Shown: one piece after another, positions 56,766 through 64,000 of the stretch
Position numbering within the stretch: position 1 is the stretch's first letter
How the letters are laid out: each line of letters opens with the position of its first letter
DNA from: Blepharisma stoltei ATCC 30299
Taxonomy: Eukaryota > Protista > Ciliophora
Assembly (NCBI GenBank): GCA_965603825.1
Contig: CBFDEM010000011.1
Span: 806,001-870,000, forward strand
Reading direction: 5' to 3'
DNA length: 64,000 nt
Position numbers and translations under genes: made by a program
Notes under the pieces: generated by a model
What the model was told of the DNA's origin: nothing
What the model saw: only the letters and a program-made list of their open reading frames with translations
Databases searched by the model: none

Positions 56766-57253
56766 AGTATTTTACTCATTATTAGAATTATAATAATTAA
56801 ATTCTTAAATAATAAGGATGATATAGCCTTAACGAGATGTTTTTATATCATTAGTGGAGTTAAAAATAATTATTTAAAGTGATGAATTTTTGAAATAAAT
56901 AGAAGTTGAGTTTGAAAATCAATAAAAATTGATATCGAATAAGGATAAAAATAGACTCTAATTTGCATTCATTTTTATTACCAAACTTTAATAAATTTCA
57001 TTAGGCCTGAAAATTATTTTTCGCTTCCAACCCATGATCATAATAATACTTTTATAGTTATCAGAACTTTAAATAATTTCATTCTAAACAATCCAGCCAT
57101 TCAAATTAATATTAAATAAATTTTAAGTTTCCTTATTAAATCAATTAGAAAGAGTTAAATCTCCTTCATCAATCAGCATCAATTTCGCTACCACTCATCC
57201 ATGATAACTTAATTTATTTTAGAAAAATTATCTTTAGTTATAAATATTAGAAT

Positions 57254-58969
57254 ATGTGTCGAAGTTCTTTATCAAGCTTCAAAATGAGAACAAAACTTAA
57301 GCCTTCTTTCCCAGAAGGTTCTAAAACTGAAAGAAGAAAACTTAAAAGAATTTTTAAAGAGCTTTCTAAACGCTGCAGCTTATCAGATGATGGAATCAAT
57401 CGTGATCAATTTTTGAAATTCACTGATCTTTCAGGTCTTCTAGGGGAGCAATTATTCAATTCCTTGGATGAAGATGAAGATGGCAAATTAGATGTAAAAG
57501 AGTTTCTGAATGGATTAATTCTGCTCTACAAAGGCACTTTTGAGGAAATTTCTGAGATTCTCTTCAAAATATTTGACTTCAGTAAAAGTAGTCACATATC
57601 TTCCAATGACATTTTATTTATTTTATCTTACCTGCCTAAATTTTGTCCCAAATGCAAAAAGAGGCTTGTGGTTGCATGAGATTTTAAAGAAAAAATACAG
57701 GAACTTTTTGAGGATAGAGAATACATTCATTTAGAAGAATTTAAAGAATCAATTGAAATAAAAAATGAAATTGGAGAACTGATATTCCAGTGCATTTTTA
57801 ACTCATTACCTGTGGTCATTGATGAGTGTTTTTTACAAAAAAAATTAATCTGTGAAAATTTAGAAAATTTTACTGAAGGGAAACTTATATACAACAGCCG
57901 GGATTATTATTTTCTTTTAAAAAATAAAAGTTTATATTTTGCGCCAAGCAAAGATAAATTAGTAAATAATCCTGTGGGTGTTATTTATGTGAATGATTTG
58001 TTTGTGGAGGGGTCTGAAGGAAATCGCTTTATTCTGAAAAATTCGAAATTTGAATATACATTTGAAGCTGAGAATTTGGAGCAAAAAGAAAAATGAATAG
58101 GGGCGATTAAAAGTGAAACTGGATTTAAAGAGTTTTATATAGATTATGAAACCACAGAAACTATTGGGAAAGGTGCTTATGGAGAAGTCAAGCTAGGGAC
58201 AAATAAGCACACAGGGAATACTGTAGCTGTGAAAATTATATCAAAAGAGCCGTTAGATGCAAGATCAGAAACAAGGCTCAGAAGAGAAATTAATATTCTA
58301 AAAATCATTAAGCATGAAAGCATTTTGCGACTTGAGTCAGTCTATGAGACTGCAAATGAGTTATTTATAGTCACGGATTATATTTCAGGTGGATCTCTAT
58401 TTACGTGGCTTAAAGATAGAGAATTTTCCATCGCTGAAATTATCGCACGAAAAATCATAAAGGACTTGGCGAATGCTTTATTATTTTTACACACAAATGG
58501 AATAATCCATAGAGATCTAAAACTAGAAAATATTCTAATAGAAACCGACAAAAATGGTGTTGTAAAGCCTATTTTAATTGATTTTGGACTAAGCTGTATG
58601 CTAGCACCACATCAATGTTCACAAGAATCTGTAGGGACTTTAAAGTATGCAGCTCCTGAAGTTTTATCACGAATCCCTTATAGAGAATCTGTTGATTTGT
58701 GGGGGCTTGGAGTTATTTCTTATATTCTTTTGATTGGTAGGATGCCATTTTATGGGAAAAATGACCAAGATATTGCGACTAGGATTCTTAAAAAACCTAT
58801 TGATTTGGAGGGAGAAAATTTTAGACACATAAGTCAAGGAGCAAAAGAAATAATTAAAGGTTTGTTGACAAGAAGGCCAGCTAATAGAATGTCGCTAAAT
58901 GCATTATTAGAGCACGAGTGGGTTTTGCAAGAAGATGAAGGGAGGACTGACAAAATAACAGCTGATTAA
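57254..58969 (+). CDS. EF-hand + PH + CAMK kinase (CDPK7-like architecture), 571 aa, two TGA=Trp
   Basis: EF loops DEDEDGKLDVKE and DFSKSSHISSND. PH domain ends EQKEK-W-IGAI with TGA. Kinase motifs IGKGAYGEV, VAVK, HRDLKLEN, DFG and APE. Confidence 0.9.
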
Positions 58970-59453
58970 GTAGTTGCGATTTTAATCTTATTAAATTCAA
59001 ATCTCGATTTTGATTTTTTTTAGTATGATTCTCTTCAAACACCTTTTAAATTTATTTTTGAATTAATTTATTAATATTATATTAGCAACTTTGACGCACA
59101 ATCTATGTTTTTTGATCTTATTAAATTTTCTGAATTTTTTATGAAATATATTTTTCTGAATTCTGGTAAGAAATTTTATTTAATTGTTTCATCCTGAATT
59201 ATTAAATTTTTCATAAAATAAGAAAATTAGCTTGAATGATTCTTCTCTTCTATTTATCATATTTTTTCATCTCAATTTAATATAATTATGGCTATAAGAT
59301 CAAGCTGCCTAAGCTTCCAATATTTTTTCTCCATACAAATATTAAATCTCTTAATCATAAATTCAGATTTAACTACTTCTGATTTAATTCATATTTAAAA
59401 TTTAGTAAAATAAAAATCCAAAAAACGCCTAATATAATTCATTATATTTCCAA

Positions 59454-61532
59454 ATGGTCATTCTTTCAGAAATCAAAATTGGTATTCATCTAGAAAAATT
59501 CCGCAATATCGAATTATTTAGACAAGGCTTATATCAAATCAGGTTAAAAGTTTTTCATTCTCAAGATAACCACATATTTTTCGCTAAACCTAAAGAAGTC
59601 TGAATCTTGAATCAAAAACCTCGAAAATGACTAAAAAATGACCCGAATCATTTAATTCCTGCCCATATCTCAGATGAAACTCACTCATTCCATTCGCGTG
59701 CATTTTTAGTTAGATATCAAGAAGAAGCAGTCATTTTAGACGAAATGTGTGTTTTTAGTTTAAAAATCCCTTTTGGATCTTTTACAACTCTACCCCTTAA
59801 AGTTGAAGCTGAACTGCTATACACAAATCTCGAATTGAATGGCCATAAGGATAAAAGAAAACTTAGGCTTTTAAGCTCATCTCCTAATTTTCAATCAGTT
59901 GAGCGGAAGGTTTATCTTATAACAAATGCCCTTAATTCAGTGCATCAATATATGCCGTTAGGTTTTGATCCCAATTATTTTTGCATGTTTGAAGGATCAA
60001 TTCATGTGATTTTTTCAAATTACGAAATAGAAAGCCAAAATGAACTCCAAAAATTCTTATTTGGGGATAGACCTTATATTGGAGGCTCAGAAGTAGATCG
60101 GGCATATTATCGCATGTGCGATCCTATAAGACTGGCATACGAAAGTATTAGAAATCTAATCGTCATGTTCAATGATCGGCTATTTTTTTCAAACTCTGAC
60201 GTAAAATGCACTGTTCCACCTATCATATCACTTCCTTTGTTCTGCCAAGGATCAGAAAATAAAGAAATGAGTCTATTTGAAGCGATTGAAACTCATGAAC
60301 AAGAAATTATATCAGAATATATATTTGAAGAAATTATAAAGCTTTCAGAACTTGTTAAACAGTCATTTAAAGAACTTATTAGGTTAATGTCATATAATCC
60401 TGAGCATATATGCAGATTTTTAAAAAATATTTATGATTTACAAGTAACGAAATATTTCCACGAATATATCATCACTGAAACTAAAGCTCCAGCCCTGCCT
60501 TCTTTATATAGAGAAAACTTGCCTGGATTTTTGAAAAAAGCTGGAAATATAAGAGTCACCCCATATTTTTCTAATTTAATAGCTTTGCCTATACAAGCTG
60601 ATGATTTATATAACGATATACCTAATCATCCAATATTTTTCGTAGAAAGATTTAATTCAGAAAAATTTAAGTTAGAGTCTGCTTTTAATTTTGAATTTGA
60701 CAGCGCAAGAATGCAATCAAGTATTTGTAAAATTTTAGATCTTCACTTGATTGTGCTGGTTCATGGCTACAGAGGAGGAAGCAAAGACGTATATCTTATC
60801 AAAGGCTACTTAAACTTAATTTACCCTCAGTGCCACGTTATATGTGCAAAAAGTAATGAATTTTCCAGTGATTTAACATTAGTAATCCAAGGTCAAAATT
60901 TAGCAGATGAGGTAACTCAGTATATCATGGAAAATAAAATACCTCTTCACCGATTAAAAATCACCTTTCTCGCTCATTCTATGGGAGGATTAGTTGTGAG
61001 AGCTGCTTTACCTTATCTGAGTCGATTTAAAGACGTTATGTTCGCATTTATTTCACTATCAAGTCCTCATCTAGGAGTAAAGCACGCAGATAGCTATTTA
61101 TTAGAATTTGGAAAATGGGTTATAAAAAAATTTGACCATTCTGACTGTTTTGATCAATTAACAATGCATGATTCTGAAAACGTTAGACAGACATTTATTT
61201 ACCAATTAAGTCAGCTTGAAGGACTAGGGTGGTTTGAGCACGTCGTTTTATTTGGCTGCTTTGATGATCCTTATGTCCCTGAGTATTCTTCAAGAGTTGA
61301 AGTGCCTGTGCAGTCGGCTCCTGATAAAGACCTTGAAAATGCTTATAAAGAAATGATCACAAATATTTGGTCAAAAATTGATCCAACCAAAATCACAAGA
61401 GTTGATGTCCATTTTAAAAACAGAGAATTGTTTAATTGGCTGATTTGTTGCGGAAATATGCATATTGACTTCTTAGATAATTCTTGCTTCATCAAAATGA
61501 TGTGCTATGGGTTTCCGAATCTTTTTGCTTAA
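59454..61532 (+). CDS. FAM135-like protein with C-terminal DUF676 serine-esterase domain, two TGA=Trp
   Basis: N-terminal IHLEKFRNIELFRQGLYQIR; HLIVLVHGY.G, AHSMGGL, SPHLG, D.YVP..S and HIDFLD. Confidence 0.9.
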
Positions 61533-61728
61533 GTAATTCTTTATGATATAAGTGTCTTTATTTTGATAGTTTTAGAAAATTTTACTATTAATATTTGATG
61601 ATGTCATTAAATAGCTGCCTTATTATTGATTTTTAAAATAAATTTTAATTCTTTAAGACACTCCTTTCGTTGGTAGATATATTTTACTTGGTGTTCGTTA
61701 AAATAAGTAATTTCTCTTTCAGCTTTTA

Positions 61729-63453
61729 ATGGAAACCGACTTTTCCAATAATGAGCGATGCAAATTTTTTATAAAAGTTATGGAACTTTTAGATAGTTGT
61801 ATTAATGTTACGATACCTAGAACAAAATTAAGGTGCACTAACCAGGTTTTCAAAAGAAATTTTACTGTAAAATTCATGCAGGAATACGAGGTAGTGATAT
61901 CTTTCCACACATTTAAACACAAAGTTTACAAGCGCTACAGCCAATTTCGGAATCTCTGGAGCTCACTCCGAAACAACCCAAATTCAGACGAATATTGGTC
62001 TCAACTTCCCAAATTTCCTGAAAAGAAACTTCTTGGGAAAAAAAACCATTCTTGCGTAGAAATAAGAAGGAGAAACCTTGAGCTATGAATCGCCTCCTCC
62101 TTGAACTTCCCACAAACCTTCCAAGAATTAGCCGAATTTCTTGAAATTCCGGAAAAATTCCGTTCACTAATTTTTGAGCGGAATAATTCAACAGCCTGCA
62201 AGTTCTCCCCTATTGAGCTATGTGTGGCAGCTTTTATTAAACGGATTGAGAAATCGGAACACAAAAGACTCAAAGCTTTAGAGCAGTTTGAAAGAGATTT
62301 CTTTAATCAAAAACAAGAAATTTCACCACCAGTTGCAATTGTTTTGCTTACGAGGTTAATGCCATTGTGCGGGGTTCCAGGGATAGGGTCAAAAGCATTG
62401 GATATTTTGAACAAGTTGACAAGCTCAACGACATTTAGGTATTACCAAACAATGATTGATTCAATGATGAGGATTAATATGGACCTATTTAGGGAAATGA
62501 GATTAAATTTTCATCTTACAAGAGTTTTCCAAGGAGACTCTGCAGAATTAGCCCAACAGATATGTGGGAAAATCAAAGAGCAGCTGGGAGATAGTCATTT
62601 ATTAAGTTATATTTTAAATGATGATAGAGATGCTATAATGGCGTTTGAAAATTGGAATGAGCATACTTTCCAGCCTCAAATGTCACCAAGATCTGCAAGC
62701 GATAAAACAAGCTCGTCTTGGAAAAAGCTAAACACAGATGGATACCCTGGAAATTTAGAATTCGCTTATAGAAAATCAGGAAATTTGATTGAAGCGAGAG
62801 CTGAGATGGAAATTAATGCATCAATTGATACAATAATAGAAATCATCACAGAAAAAAACCTTAGGAAAAAGTGGGATTTATTTATATCAACCTATGAAGT
62901 TGTCGAAAAAATTAATGATAAACAATCAATAGTTTTAATAGTTTTCGTGTCAGATAGAAATGAAGTTATGGACTTGTCATTGCTGAGAACAATCAGCTAT
63001 GAGCCCGGACATGCAACAGTCCTCTATAGCTCCATTGATCACCCTAAAATTCCATTGCATCCTAACCATAAAAGAGTTACGTGCAGTGAAAGCAGATATG
63101 ATATTTATTTATTAAAGGGTCAAAAACTTAGGTCGAAAACTGACAGCACAGATGAGTCAGCAAGTCCTGAACTAAAAGTTAAGGACGAAGATGAGTTTAA
63201 GCCAAAATGCAAACTCGTTTACACAAATTATTTGACAAGTGATATGACTAGGTTCCTTTGTAGTGAATTTATTGAAGAAACAAATTATATTAAGGAAGCA
63301 TGAAAAAACATGAAAAAAGTAGCTGAAAATGAAGAAGAGTCAACACCAGATTTGGCTCAGAGATCAAAGGAAAATGTCATATTTGGAGCTCTACTTAAAA
63401 AGACAGGACCGACAAAGAGTGTGCATGAAGAAGCTAACACTTTTAATGAGTAA
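61729..63453 (+). CDS. PX domain + START-like domain protein, 574 aa, two TGA=Trp
   Basis: PX: VYKRYSQFRNL, LPKFPEKK and RRRNLEL-W. START-like: RKKWD, DLSLLR, SIDHPKIP..RV. TAA at 63451. Confidence 0.85.
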
Positions 63454-63693
63454 ACATTGAAAATCAATGGCTATAAGTAAAATAAAGTAGATCTTCAGTA
63501 AATTTTAGATAAAAAATAATGTGAAATAAGCTTCTTTGGCATTATTTTGATAGCAGCATTCTATGAAATAATAGGAAATCTACTGATAAATATCTTGAGC
63601 TTATTTTTTAAATGTATATTTTGTTAATTTATTTTCAGGCCTCTACATCTTACTTTATTAGTGCTTTAAATATTAGTCTTATTTTATAATAAA

Positions 63694-63999
63694 TTAATTA
63701 TTAGCAGATTTTGTTTTGACCCCTAATATACACTTGTTTTGCAAAATTAGTTGTTTTTTACTCCCTAAAAACTCTTGACTTTCAATCCTATCTATTTGAG
63801 ACTGATTGCATTCTTCTCTATTTGTAGCAAAAGGTAGTAGAACTGTGCTAATCGCAGATTGGCTCTCTTGAGTGTCTTGCTTTTCTTCATTGTTCTCTTC
63901 TTCATCATCATTTTTGGTTAGAGCATTCCTAATTTCATTAATCTCAGCCTCTATATCTCAAGATTTTTTCTTCATTTTCAATACGATTGGAGGCTTTCT
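63694..63999 (-). CDS. 3' end of a hypothetical protein (runs off the window)
   Basis: Frame is open from 63999 to TAA 63694 with one TGA; acidic, coding-like composition. Confidence 0.6.
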
Positions 64000-64000
64000 C

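Noticed and set aside
327-62273. Short antisense and alternate-frame ORFs inside recognised genes (e.g. 3450-3764, 18591-19010, 54854-55168)
   Set aside because: Shadows of real coding strands, often starting at TTG/GTG, with no motifs.
1-64000. CRISPR arrays, rRNA genes, telomeric repeats, intact transposases, prokaryotic operons
   Set aside because: None seen. The sequence is eukaryotic and the repeats are explained by paralogy or protein repeats.

Overview
Eukaryotic, AT-rich, gene-dense DNA that looks like the macronuclear genome of a heterotrich ciliate, most likely Blepharisma (inferred, not database-checked). Two properties explain why the supplied ORF track is fragmented. (1) TGA is read as Trp: it falls at conserved Trp positions and alternates with TGG between paralogues, while TAA and TAG are the stops. 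(2) Introns are tiny 15-nt GT..AG elements with A at position 10. Re-reading with these rules gives about 38 protein-coding genes, including pyruvate kinase, a DP transcription factor, an MPP-alpha/bc1 core-like protein, CFAP52, a kelch-like protein, NOT4-like, a mini SLX4-like protein, TOM7, a SIAH-like E3, a 6xRRM protein, a 7TM-pseudokinase fusion, Tousled-like kinase, a SHIPPO-repeat protein, METTL1/TRM8, a NAK-pseudokinase/ANTH/TKL kinase, a WD40 protein, a calmodulin-like protein, AMMECR1, a SPOC protein, EamA, a CDPK7-like kinase, FAM135 and a PX-START protein. There is also one tRNA-Gly(GCC). The centre of the window (about 24.4-48 kb, all minus strand) is a birth-and-death cluster of three ABCG half-transporters and five intact MG-starting arrestin-fold genes, with pseudogenes and a chimeric duplication junction. 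The best leads are this ABCG/arrestin/endocytic-kinase cluster, the two pseudokinase fusion architectures, the 149-aa SLX4-like protein, an outlier 36-nt intron in TLK, and an unexplained structured segment just downstream of the tRNA.
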